In this document: positions 11,805 through 24,764 of the stretch, in pieces
How positions within the stretch are numbered: position 1 is the first letter of the stretch
How the letters are laid out: each line of letters starts with the position of its first letter
Assembly (NCBI RefSeq): GCF_006345805.1
Contig: NC_043006.1
Coordinates: forward strand, 74,896,001 to 74,960,000
Source: Octopus sinensis
Lineage: Eukaryota
Length of the DNA stretch: 64,000 bases
Reading direction: 5' to 3'
The notes under the pieces: generated by a model
Told to the model about the DNA's origin: nothing
The model's database searches: none
What the model saw: only the letters and a program-made list of their open reading frames with translations
Program-made: the position numbers and the translations under genes

Positions 11805-11957
11805 AATAACAACAACAACAACATCGAATGAGAACCCAGGTTCGAAATTTCCCCAAGACACTTGAAGAAAGCTGTAGGGTATATCAGCGGAAACGTGTTA
11901 ACAACAAACAAGATGAGGACAAATATCCATCAAATGTAAATAATGTAAATAATGTAC
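11377..11957. mobile_element. Inverted pair of Penelope-like terminal repeats (11377-11548 and 11822-11957) around (ATT)/(GTT)/(CAA) repeats
   Basis: Arms are reverse complements: GAGAACCCAGGTTCGAAATTT..CCAAGACAC..GAAACGT..CAAACAAGATGAGGACAAATATCC. Confidence 0.7.
11453..11496 (-). ncRNA. Minimal hammerhead with loop-less palindromic stem III
   Basis: GACAC-CTGATGA-A-GGC[TGGTGAGTATATCT]GCC-GAAAC-GT-T-GTG. It has an extra A after A9, and AACGTT can only pair as a dimer. Confidence 0.6.
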
Positions 11958-11984
11958 GTAATTCCTCATCTCTTAAATATAGAA

Positions 11985-12143
11985 CTGAACGATCCCTATA
12001 TATCAATGGTATTTATTTTATCGATCTCGAAAGGATGATAGGCAAAGTCTACCTCCGCAGAATTTGAACTCAGAACATGAAGACGGACGAAATGCCGCTA
12101 TGCATTTTGTCCGGCTTGCTAACAATTTTGTCAGCTCGCCACC
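11985..12143 (-). mobile_element. SINE family A, degenerate
   Basis: Reverse complement of the GGTGGCGAGCTGACA head plus body. Confidence 0.75.
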
Positions 12144-12217
12144 TGTATGCAATATGGAATAACAGAACCTCGTACTCAGTTAAAAGAAACCGAAATGGTA
12201 AAAATAATTTTACTTAC

Positions 12218-12438
12218 CATTTCCATTCTCCGCCGCGTTTCTTCTTCAATGTAAAGATGGTCTCCAGAACAATCAGTAGAATCGAACCACCCATACACCA
12301 GTAGAGCAGATTCTTCTTGACGACTGTTAAACGCCAAATACATATTAATCCGTGTGTGGTAAACAGACTGCGAGATACAACGGCTTTAATCACAGCCACT
12401 ATAGTCCCAAATTTCTCACAACATCTGTTCGAAGTCAT
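12218..12438 (-). CDS. TMEM26: Transmembrane protein 26-like, first coding exon (exon 12218-12450)
   Basis: MTSNRCCEKFGTIVAVIKAVVSRSLFTTHGLICIWRLTVVKKNLLYWCMGGSILLIVLETIFTLKKKRGGEWKW matches the TMEM26 N-terminus as I recall it (A..SRLLF..H.L..VWRV..VK....YW.......LL..ET..TL....G..KW). Acceptor ttacAG at 12452-12451; phase-2 donor TG|GTAAGT at 12217. No BLAST was run. Downstream exons were not found in the window. Confidence 0.85.
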
Positions 12439-12655
12439 GCCAGCATATTTCTGTAAGAGTAGAAACATGGAGAGATGAAGTCGAATATGTATGCCTGAAT
12501 GTCTGAATGGATGGATGGATGGATGGATGGATGAATGGGTTAATGGATGGATGGATTAGTAGATAGTTGGGTGTTCGATTCTCTTTCAAAATTATCTGAA
12601 GTCTCCCTATAAGGAAGGAAATGGGTTCTAACAGATACAAAGCTCTGCCGTCGGA

Positions 12656-12690
<35 letters not shown>

Positions 12691-13314
12691 TGTATGTATG
12701 TGTGTATGTATGTATGTATGTATGGACGGATGGATGGATGGATAGTTGGTAGGATAGCTGGCTTGATAAATGGGTGAATGGACGGATGGTTGAATGGATG
12801 ACTTAGTGGATGGATAAATGGATGTGCTGATGTAGACAGATAAAGACTTGTCAGATAATTCGATGGAGATCTAAGAATTCCAGACTTTGATATACTTCCT
12901 ATTGAAATAGATGTTAGTACGGTAAGTTACTATTCCGAGTCCAAAAATTCTGCTGGCATCAACTGTGTTCCTTTACTGATGTAATATCCATACAATGAAT
13001 TCTTTTGTTGTACAGATGGTAGTTGGAATAGAATTTTAGCATAGAGTACAAAATTTAACACCATTTGACTCGATAAAATCAAATTCAATTTTTGTGAAGA
13101 TTGTATTTTATGAGATGTATAATAATTTTGATAATTTTAAGCTACGACTGCACACAGCTATTAGGTTTTTTTTTACTTAATAAGAATAAATTGAATATCT
13201 TCTTTTCACCATAGAAACAATGCCACACTTTGCTTTCTCAATCGGAAATTTTCGTTAATTTTACCATTCCGCTCTCTCGCTATAGCTTTCTCTCTCTCTC
13301 TCTCTCTCTCTCCC

Positions 13315-13384
<70 letters not shown>

Positions 13385-13497
13385 ATCTATCTATCTGTCT
13401 ATCTATCTATCTGTAGATATAGATAGATAATGCATATACATACATACATACATACATACATACATACATACAAACAATATACCAACTTACCTACCAG

Positions 13498-13588
<91 letters not shown>

Positions 13589-14127
13589 CCTTTCCGTGTC
13601 TTCTTTCTTTTGAGTTCTAATAATCGATTCCTTGTTTTATTTGCTTATAGTCTTATAGAATATTAGCAAATTTCCCAAGTCTCGAATGTTTGGGGCCTAT
13701 TCAATAACAAGAGTAGGATTTTAATCGAACGAGTAACACGCATTGTGGAGATCGGAAAAGTTAAGTAGGGGCCAATAATTATGTTGATTTGTTGTATGTA
13801 GTTGGCTTTAGTTTACTTCCGGTATTAACACACACACGCACACATATACACACATGTATGTATGTGTGTATAATAGACACATATATGGGGGTGGGTGGAT
13901 GTATACATACATAGATTTTGATTTAATGAAGAATTATGGCAAAATAATCCCAGTTCACCTTCTATTGAAAGAATCGTGCCATTTCTCTAAATCTCTGTTG
14001 CAACGCAATATTTGTGTTTTCTACAACAAATCTCTTAATGATCGTTTCCAAGCATGCCCTAATCGAAATCTATATCTTCCCACCACTATGTTTTCACACG
14101 CACATTTACACACACACACACACACAT

Positions 14128-14171
<44 letters not shown>

Positions 14172-14313
14172 CACACACACACACACCTACACATACATGC
14201 ATACATACAAAAATAGATACGTACATATATTTACATGCACACATATATAATGACACATTTACACTGACGTTTATGTATGTGTATGTGCGCACATGTATAG
14301 ATATATACATACA

Positions 14314-14349
<36 letters not shown>

Positions 14350-14367
14350 AATAACTATATAATAATA

Positions 14368-14541
14368 CAGCAATCCCTCGACTATCGCGGGTGTTATGTT
14401 CCAAAACCCACCCTCGCGGTATATTTTTGAAAATTATTTTTATAATTTGCATATATTTATTTTATTATAAATGCGAAACAACACCACAGAGGAATCGACG
14501 TAAGCTGAAATAATAAACCGCGATATGCCGTGGGATTACTG
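14368..14541. mobile_element. Tc1/mariner-pogo (Tigger-like) MITE
   Basis: TIRs CAGCAATCCCTCGACTATCGCGG and CCGCGATATGCCGTGGGATTACTG, with TA on both sides. Confidence 0.75.
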
Positions 14542-15169
14542 TATATCATAACAATATATATACTTCAATTTAAAGCGATATTTTTTATCCAAACAATTAT
14601 ATATACATGTGTGTGTGTGTGTTGTGTGTGTGTGTGTATTACATATATGTATATACACACACAAACATACAGGTATTCCTCAAATTATATCATTTCCGCT
14701 AAATCGTTTTTTAATGAAATTAATGGAAAAATAAACCTCAACCTCAGTCAATTTATCCAACTTTACGTCGGTCTCAGCGAATATATTTTAAGACATATAA
14801 ATTTTAAAAAAAGAATTAAAAACACTTTGAATCAATACTCAAATGGAAAATCTATTAAAATATATGTGTAAATATCTACGAACCATTTAATAACAAATAT
14901 AATCTAACGAAGTTTTTAAAATGTATCTTTGTGCTACGTCGTTTTTGGAGTTAATTCACATGTATTGGAGCCGACGTACATTGACGTCTGCCTTTGAACA
15001 TATGGAAGTACATATATGTATACATACATGCCTACATACATACATGCATACATACATACATACATACATACATACATACATACATACATACATACATACA
15101 TACATACATACATACATACATACGTACGTACATACATACGTACATACATACATACATACATACATACAG

Positions 15170-15650
15170 GACACTATAATGACATCTGTCAGAAGGATAA
15201 TACCAAGGACAAAATAATAAAAAAAAACACACAATATGGTAGAAGCTATAGATACTCATAATAAAAAAAATACTGGTGGAATGTACCAGTGAAGACCTCA
15301 ATAAAAGCACAACAGACCTGACATAATGATTCGGGATAGAGAAGAGAAACTGTGCACAGTTGTGGAAATTAGCTGCCCAGCGGGTGTTAACATAAAGCTG
15401 AAGATCAGTGAAAAAGGGAACACCTATGCTGAACTATTGAGAAATCTACAGTTACTCTATCAAGATTACAAGTTCAGGTTTATACCTGTAATTATTGGGG
15501 CTCTGGGATATGTAACACACTGCCTAAATATCAATCTTGAGAAATTAGGCTTCTCAGAAACAGAAAAGAGAAAGCTAATTCGAAGACTCCACAACTGGAA
15601 CTGTAAATCTGTAAAAGTTTCCAGAAGTTTATCATTTAAATATATATGAG
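15170..15650 (+). mobile_element. Dong/R4-type LINE, restriction-like endonuclease fragment
   Basis: ...RPDIMIRDREEKLCTVVEISCP...FIPVIIGALG (PD..E.S.P and GALG motifs); adjacent to (TACA)n. Confidence 0.8.
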
Positions 15651-15765
15651 CATGTCTAGATATATAACTATATGCATGAGAATATATATAAAACATAAAA
15701 ATCTGCACATACAGAGACTTTCACAGTTCATATACCTCTTTTTCATATCCCATTATATATATATA

Positions 15766-15803
<38 letters not shown>

Positions 15804-15897
15804 ATAAGATCGTTATTTAAAATACCCATCATATACAGTGGCTAGCATGGGAATAAAAATCTCATAGGTAATAATTATTATTAAAACTTTAATTAAG

Positions 15898-16145
15898 GGT
15901 GTCTAAAAGATACCTTCATACTAGATATAGCAGTCAAAACTTGTCTCTAAAATCACTTCAAGTATTTATACAGCAACGGGAGAGAAGACAAAGAGACAAA
16001 ATATACTAGCAAAAAATTATGTTCCAATGAATTTTTGCTTGTTTATTTTGTCTCTTTGTCTCCTGGTACTGTATGAATACTTGATGCGGTTTTAATGTCA
16101 AGTTTTGACTGCTATATCTAGTATGAAGGTTTCTTTTAGACAACC
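15898..16145. repeat. Fold-back, ~120-bp arms, 11-nt loop
   Basis: GTCTAAAAGATACCTTCATACTAGATATAGCAGTCAAAACTTG... pairs with its reverse complement. Confidence 0.9.
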
Positions 16146-16160
16146 TTTATTATAATTCTA

Positions 16161-16209
<49 letters not shown>

Positions 16210-16214
<5 letters not shown>

Positions 16215-16580
16215 ATTTCTACACTTCAGCTGCACCTCTCCTGCCTATGGATTACACTGGACTCCTCTGTTGATGAAAAATCGCTCCAATACACCACAAC
16301 TTTTGAAGCTTTTGAACCTTTTGAACTCCTCGAAACTTTTTTACACTTTCTAACTTCTTTTGTACTTTCTGCTTTTTCTTATTGTGTTTCTGTTTCGCCA
16401 TGATATATCGCTAGCCACTACACATTCTTTATTTTCTCTCGTCTTTCTGTGTTCCTTTCTCTGGAAGAGCATAGGCTCGAAACGTTAAAGACTTTTTCAC
16501 TTTCCGAGCGTTATATTAATACATCTGTTTGTTGTCTACACCACCTGTCTTCATCTTTGGTATTTTTGTGAATTCTCCCT
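16210..16580 (+). mobile_element. Penelope-like 3' end / terminal repeat with a relic hammerhead (16455-16490)
   Basis: CTTT-CTCTGGA-A-GAGC[ATAG]GCTC-GAAAC-GT-T-AAAG. The downstream tail is shared with ~52955-53060. Confidence 0.55.
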
Positions 16581-17384
16581 ATATATATATATATATATAC
16601 ACGTATAAATCTATGAATATATGTATTAAAAAAACGATTTTGAGAGTGCACTTGAGTGTTGATTGTGTGCCAGACAACTAATCAAGAGATCATTGGTTCG
16701 TTTTCTATCAGTGACAGCTCACAGATTGCCGGGCATTCGAGGGGTATCTAATATGGGAATCCCATTATGATTGAAATGCAAAAAATGGACCATGGCAAGA
16801 GTCGAACTCAGAAACACAAAATGTCTAGCGTGAATATTCCAAGCTATCCAAGTCTGGCAACTTTACTTTATTTTCTGCGCCATATTTCCAATAGTAACAA
16901 CAGATAAGTCGCTCACAAATCGCTCTCTACCATATTTTAAAAGAACATGTATCAAAATATCAGGGCGTAGTTTGAGTGTGTGCCACCTGGAGCAACCCTT
17001 TGACTGTGCTCCTCATCACCCGCCGCCACTACTCGGTTTCTACAAGCCTGTACAGGTTACATAACAGTCAGAAATGTGCCACTCCATAGAAACACATTCG
17101 GTCAAGGAAGACTACTTTCAAGACCCAACCGTACCCCGTCCTATCCCAGCCATACTTCAGCATCATGGAGTCCTGGATCGGATTGGATTGAGGTACCCCT
17201 GTCCAGTCCACTGTAGGACGAAGACCTCAGCATGCTCTCACCACCAACAACTCTCCGAGGTGGAGGCCGTGAATTTGAGCTCAAGATAATACTGGTTTGA
17301 TGAACCTATTCTGCCACACTGGAACATGGCTTAGCAGTTGCGTGCAAATCAAGTACTGAAAATACACTTCCAGTTTCGTACCTA

Positions 17385-17395
17385 TTATCATCATC

Positions 17396-17431
<36 letters not shown>

Positions 17432-17464
17432 GCGTCATCATCATCATCATCATCATCATCGTCG

Positions 17465-17495
<31 letters not shown>

Positions 17496-17545
17496 TATCA
17501 TCATTATCATCATCATCATCATCATCATCGTCATCATCATCGTCG

Positions 17546-17600
<55 letters not shown>

Positions 17601-17679
17601 TATCATCATTATCATCATCATCATCATCATCATCGTCATCATCATCGTCGTCATTATCATCATCATCATCATCATCATT

Positions 17680-17721
<42 letters not shown>

Positions 17722-17728
17722 GTCGTCG

Positions 17729-17765
<37 letters not shown>

Positions 17766-17798
17766 TATCATCATTATCATCAACATCATCATCATCAT

Positions 17799-17830
<32 letters not shown>

Positions 17831-18050
17831 TTATTATTATTATTATTGTTGTTATTATTATTATTATCATTATTATTATCATCATACATAATACATACAT
17901 ATATACGTACGTATGTACATACATAGATACATAAATATATACATACATGCATACATATATACATACATACATGCATAACATACATACATACATACATACA
18001 TACATACATACATACATACATACATACATACATACATACATACATACATG
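17385..18050. repeat. (CAT)n/(ATT)n then (TACA)n microsatellites
   Basis: Seen directly; source of several spurious long ORFs. Confidence 0.95.
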
Positions 18051-18237
18051 ATGACCTCGAAGCCTACAGCTTCTCCACTCACTTTCTAAATTGACATTTG
18101 TCTTCATAAATATCGGTATACTTGGTTATGTTATTAATTTACATTCATATTGATAGATAGAAAGGCATATATATGTATATATATATATATATATATATTA
18201 ATATATATATATAGAGATAGATAGATAGATAGATAGG

Positions 18238-18272
<35 letters not shown>

Positions 18273-18286
18273 GTAGGTAGATAGAT

Positions 18287-18337
<51 letters not shown>

Positions 18338-18398
18338 CACAGAGAGACAGAAATACGTAGAGAAATAGACATACAGACAGACAGAATGATAAATAGAT

Positions 18399-18447
<49 letters not shown>

Positions 18448-18787
18448 CACGTACATATACACATACACACATTCACACATTCAAATAATTTTGATAGAAC
18501 TCTAAATATGAGCATGTATACTTTTTTTTATAGTTTTTCATTATGAGAAAATTACGCAAGAATCTCAAGAGCAGAGATTTTCGTGCCACTTTGATAAATG
18601 CCAAGCTGAAGACTCTGTCTTTGAATTACTTTTGTAACATTCTGATGATCAAAATATTTTATTAAAATATATAATATATATATATATATGTGTGTGTGTG
18701 CGTGTGTGTGTATGTGTGTGTGTGTGCGTGCGTGCGTGTATATATACATATATATGTATGTATATATATATATAATTATATATGTAT

Positions 18788-19082
18788 AATGTGAGGTATA
18801 CTAGCCATCTCAATATGGCTAATCACTAAGGGTGAGTGTTACTGTAGCTTGTAGCCCCAGGAGAACATCGTCTCCAGCTGGCTTTAGGTACACTTTCTGT
18901 GCCCTTATGGTATTTGCAAAGGGAGGCCATCCCTCCCTCGTCAAATACCATTGCAAATACCATAAGGGTATAGAAAGTGTGCCTAAAGCTAGCTGGAGAC
19001 GATGTTCTCCTGGGGCTACAAGCTACAGTAACACCCACCCTTAGCGGTTAGCCATATTGAGATGGCTTGTATATCTCACATT
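18788..19082. repeat. Fold-back, ~131-bp arms, ~31-nt spacer
   Basis: Arms differ at about 9 positions, mostly transitions. Confidence 0.9.
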
Positions 19083-19612
19083 GTCGTGCAGTTACTGTTT
19101 ACATCTCGTTCAGAGATTTATTATTGCTTATATATATATAGATATATCTATATATATATGTATGTATATATATCTAAATAATTATTTATATATATATATA
19201 ATTAAGAGAAATAACCTCTATTAAGCAATTTAATAATGAAAGACATTATCCATATTAAATAGAAAATTTTAAATATAATAAATTTTATTCAAAAAAATCA
19301 ATGAATTAATAAACATTACGTATATAATATATTATATAATATATATATATATATTATATACACACATATATGCATGTATTTATGTATATATATATATATA
19401 TATTTGTATGTATGTATATATATAATATATATATAATATATATATATAATTAATATAGTATAATACAATATACAATTGTGAGGTGAAAATTAAGAACAGA
19501 AAAACAGTTACCTTGAAGTTATGTCCAAAAAGTAATAAGCTCCAACGTTTTGTCCTTAAGTTTTCTGTTTCTTTGTTCTTTCTTTATATATATAATATAT
19601 ATATATATAATA

Positions 19613-19654
<42 letters not shown>

Positions 19655-20369
19655 TCTTGGACAGCCAAGACGCGTTAGTCAGTATTTTCTGTAGAGTCGT
19701 AATAGTTTAGGTCCAATGCCGTTGTTATCGATATTACAATTGTTGTTGTTGTTATTATTATTATTACTATTATTATTATCGTTATTATTATTATTATTAT
19801 TATTATTATCATTATGATCATCGTTATCTGTGTTCTTCGTGTGCTTCAGTGATGTCATCTCCGGCTAAAGAAGCGTGTTAAAGAAATAAGAAGATATTGT
19901 TAGCGTTTTTGAAGTCTTCATTTACATCATATTAAAAGCACCCTAGAACTTCATACTTTCAAAAGTAATTGAATATATATAAAAAGAAAAAGAAAAAACC
20001 CTTCCGGTTCACAAATCCCAAATATTTGGCTACTAACTTATATGCTTAAACAAAATAATTTCGGGAAACTACAGAAAGATACACATATATGCCTAAAATA
20101 AATCTGATAGGAACAAATACCCATTTTTGAGAAAAGTTTTACAAAAGACCAATATTTATATCGTAATTCTATTGACTTAAAAAAAAAAACTAGAGAATTT
20201 ATTAATTTTAATAAGTGCAGAAAAATACGCGTTTACATTTTTATTTAATGTACTGTGAGGCTTTGTAATTTGTGTATGTTAAATGAGAAATATGACGACA
20301 ATCATTTCTACTTAAAACGTATAAGATTCCCACATGAATGTCTTTAACTTTAACTTATTCTAGTAATAT

Positions 20370-20414
<45 letters not shown>

Positions 20415-20471
20415 CGTTTTTGGATTTGGTTTGCAAGATTCTTTATAGGAGTTCGTGTGTTGAAGCATATT

Positions 20472-20634
20472 CTGTTGTGTCTGGGGAGAGTCATTTTCTT
20501 TTTGTGCCTTATAATTCAACACACTCACCGGTAAAATTTCCACTCTTTCTTTATTTTTCCTACAATTTCCGTTTTTAGGTGAGTGTATTACATTATAACG
20601 CACAAAAGAAAATGACTCTCCCAAGACACAACAG
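20472..20634. repeat. Fold-back, ~57-bp arms
   Basis: CTGTTGTGTCT..GGAGAGTCATTTTCTTTT..CACTCACC pairs with GGTGAGTG..AAAAGAAAATGACTCTCC..AGACACAACAG. Confidence 0.85.
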
Positions 20635-20699
20635 TATATATATATATATATATATATTATATAATATATATATATATATATTATATATATATATATATA

Positions 20700-21158
20700 T
20701 TATATATATATATATATATTACCGTCATCACCGTGACTGACCAGGTTATCAGATGTTGCTATACATCGCTGGTCACAATGCTCTTCGGATTGTTTTATGC
20801 CTTCAAATGATGCCAACCCGCGAGCAGCCAACAGAAGAAAGAGTGAAAGTAGTGGCGAAAGAGTACAGCAGGGATCGCCACCACCCCCTGCCGAGACTCG
20901 TGGAGCTAGGTGTTTTCGCAGGCGTTGTGAGTGTTTATTGAACGAAAACACCTAAAGCTCCACGAGTCTCCGGCAGGGTGTGGTGGCGATCCCTGCTGTA
21001 CTCTTTCGCCACTACTTTCACTCTTTCTTCTGTTGGCCTGCTCGCGGGTTGGCATCATTTGAAGGCATAAAACAATCCGAAGAGCATTGTGACCAGCGAT
21101 GTATAGCAACATCTGATAACCTGCTCAGTCACGGTGATCACGGTAATATATATATATA
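20700..21158. mobile_element. Head-to-head palindromic pair of 5'-truncated family-B-type SINEs (~215-bp arms)
   Basis: Arms are nearly identical reverse complements; spacer 20919-20942. Confidence 0.9.
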
Positions 21159-21169
21159 AACCAAAAGGC

Positions 21170-21600
21170 AGAAGTGCAATCGTTACTCAAATACATGTGC
21201 CTTTTGGTTTTAAATTGCGCCTACCCATACATACATACCTTGAAACTCTATTCTCTCTACCGTCGCCGTGAGCAGCGATTCAACATTTACACAATGGGAA
21301 GAATATACCACCAGCATTGCCCAAACGACCTCGACATTAGTTTCAGAATTCATCGAAGGGTAGGACCACAGGCCTTACGTCTTCTAACCAATCCAGGATC
21401 TCAACATATAAATACACTGCAACACAATTTCTTTTCCTGAACAGGCCCTGACCTGTTCCAAAACAGATCATAAAGGTAAAAGGTTCCATCACCTTTAAAC
21501 GGAATCTGGACAAATTTGTTCAAGGGATACTAGTTAAGCCACCTATATCTGGAAACAACTTACTCAACAAGAACTCCCTACTCGAATGGGCCATATGATA
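21170..21600 (+). mobile_element. CR1/Jockey-group LINE 3' fragment (decayed)
   Basis: LKLYSLYRRREQR...TLQHNFF*.GP.LF...FKRNLDKFV...P..NSLLEW resembles CR1-type RT C-terminal tails. Confidence 0.6.
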
Positions 21601-21685
21601 CCACGAAACATGATTTATAAAGGATTTAGCAATCCTATCAGGTGCTTGGGCCAATCTCTGGTCGAAATATATCGAAGATATCTGA

Positions 21686-21738
<53 letters not shown>

Positions 21739-21744
21739 CATACA

Positions 21745-21777
<33 letters not shown>

Positions 21778-21792
21778 TATATAATATATGTG

Positions 21793-21826
<34 letters not shown>

Positions 21827-22044
21827 TGCGCACAACCCAGCCCCCACATAGGAACGGCGTCTACTTTTCGAAATCTAATTACTGAACCGTGTGAGATGAG
21901 TGCCTGAGTGTTGGTTTTAATTGATTTTAATACAAAGTAGTTATTGCTAAGAATGTCACAAAAGAATCCAAAGATCTCGTTCTCAACAATAGCAAAAAAA
22001 TGAATTACAACAACAATAATAATGACAACAACAACAACAAAAAC

Positions 22045-22100
<56 letters not shown>

Positions 22101-22304
22101 TAATAATGATAATAATAATTATAACCACCGAGATGAAACAATATCAGTTTGAATATAGCATTACAGTTTCTTTACATTTCTTGTCAAATATGTAGGAACA
22201 AAAAAATACTATGTTAGCATACATACATAAATACATGCATACATACATACATACATACATACATACATACATACATACATAAGTATACATATATACATAC
22301 ACCC

Positions 22305-22342
<38 letters not shown>

Positions 22343-22720
22343 GTGTGTATGTATATATATATATATATATATATATACATAATATATAAATACTAAGTGA
22401 CTGACTTCCACAAAAAGATAGACGATTAATGAAGAAATTATTAAGTTAATGGAATTGAAGACATCTAATTTGGATTACAGAAAGAAGGAGAGGTGGGAAT
22501 TGGTTGTCTAGCTGTTGTTGTTTAACCCTAGCTTACTCTAGATGGTGCAGGCATATGACCAATGACGTTCAAGATATGGCAACACTGGTTTCAAATGATA
22601 TTTAAATATAAGTTATACAAGATAATCCAATACGATTTACCTTTTAACACCTCGAGTAATCGCGTAGAGTCTCCATGAAATATGGGGAGAAAATATGTGC
22701 TCTATATGTATGTATGTATG

Positions 22721-22780
<60 letters not shown>

Positions 22781-22806
22781 GATAGATAGATAGTTAGTTA
22801 GTTAGT

Positions 22807-22845
<39 letters not shown>

Positions 22846-22865
22846 TTAGATAGATAGATAGATAG

Positions 22866-22921
<56 letters not shown>

Positions 22922-24718
22922 GTGTGTAAGAGAGTATTTGTGGGTGTATAAAATCCTGATTTGTCTTTCAAATAATTAATTCCAAAATTAATAACATTGT
23001 CCAGTAATCAAAAATAGATATCAAATTTTTTTTTGTTTTTGGTTTTGGCTTTCGCTTTTTTCTTCCCCTCTTAAAGATATTTCATTCAATTTGTACTGAA
23101 GGTAAACTCAGTGGAATTTTGTCTCGTAATCTTCTGATAATGGAATGAATTGGATTCTCATTTCTTGGTTACATTATCTTTTTGCTTATCTGAATTGTTT
23201 TATATCCTTAAAAAACGTAAGTGCTTCTCCCTTTCGAAAACTAATTAACTAATCGTAAATAGATCACGAAAGTAAATAACTTACTTTCAGCTTTCCATGT
23301 TTATAGCAGAACATTTCAACTGAATCAATTTTCAATTGAATTATTCAGTGATCATTATTATTTTTGTTGTTGTTGAAAAATTGCTACAATAAATAATTAA
23401 ATTAAATAAATTCCATTGTCGTATTTTCATTCAAACAGTTATTTTTTAATCCTGATTTTTGTTCGTAAATTTATTTAGAAAATCAACAGCAACAAGCGAT
23501 TTTTTTAAATTCTTACTTTTGATAATGCTTGAAATGTTTCGTTAAGATTTCGTAGGGGTTTTTGTCCTTATTATACCCCACAGGTTTTTTGGTACTTCTG
23601 TCCTTTGTATTTCTTCTTCTTTTTCCTTAATAAGAATTTCTTAGAGGAAAAATAAGACAATTAAAAATAAATTGTGTCGAAAATTATAACTTTTGGATAT
23701 TTCCGCAAACAAGAAACAGGGACAAAATCAAAATTTACAACAAAAGCAACGAAAATGTTCTTGAGTATAGACAAAGACATTATTATTCCAAAGTTGACAG
23801 AGTTCTAAAACGAATGCTTCAGCTAATTCCTGTCGAAGCAAACATAGGCGCAAATAAAAGCTGAATCCCATTAGCAGACGATACAGAATGATCAGTGAAA
23901 CGAAAGAGAAAATTTATTATTCAAAATGGTGGAAAAAACAATTTTCGAAATAGCTTTCTCTGGAGTCTGTTTGGTCACGTTAAGCCACTGTCATTTTCAC
24001 AGGAATTCATTAGATAAATTAGAAGGATGATTGCTTTTTTTAATAATAATAATAAAAAAAAACATTTACGTTTATTTATTTATTCGTTTGTTTATTTATT
24101 ACTAGTTATATGTTTTATAGTACTTCTGTTGTTTGTGTTAGTTCATTTGTTTTATTTGTAATGTTTCTCTTCTGGCATACACATGTTGAAAGGAAGGAAG
24201 GCAACTATATTGTTGTGTTTGTTTGGTGCGTAACATTTAAGCTAAGCAATTATGTACACATAACTGTCAACACATGCATTGAGGTATGCGTACAGATAAA
24301 CACAGCAAAATACACACGCGCACACACACAAGCACGTGTGTGTATTCGCAAGTACATAGGTATTGGCAATCGCATAGATTCACACTTAAGCTCATACACA
24401 TTCTTATACACTTTATACACTCACACATACATACACACATATATATGTGTATATATACATATATGTATGTGTGTACGTATATATATATATGTATATATGC
24501 ATATATAAATATATGTATGTATGTGGATATATATATGTATCTATATATTTGTGTATGTATTATATATATTATATTATATATGCGTGTATATATTTGTGAG
24601 TGTATATATCCGCATGTATCTATATGTGTGTGTATATAATATGTATGTATCTATCTATATAGTATGTCTATCTATCTATCTACTATCTATCTATCTATCT
24701 ATCTATATATATATATTT

Positions 24719-24764
<46 letters not shown>

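Noticed and set aside
1-12217. Second coding exon of TMEM26 (FxPxxFxYL...W.LEL type)
   Set aside because: Not found on the minus strand by eye; it probably lies beyond the start of the window.
17281-18107. 198-254-aa ORFs, and similar poly-residue ORFs at 4356-4907, 27185-27602, 36947-37352, 40037-40378 and 44414-45080
   Set aside because: They are trinucleotide and tetranucleotide microsatellites.
18788-18830. HDV-like ribozyme suggested by a hairpin followed by CTAA
   Set aside because: P1, P2, P3 and P1.1 could not be assigned.
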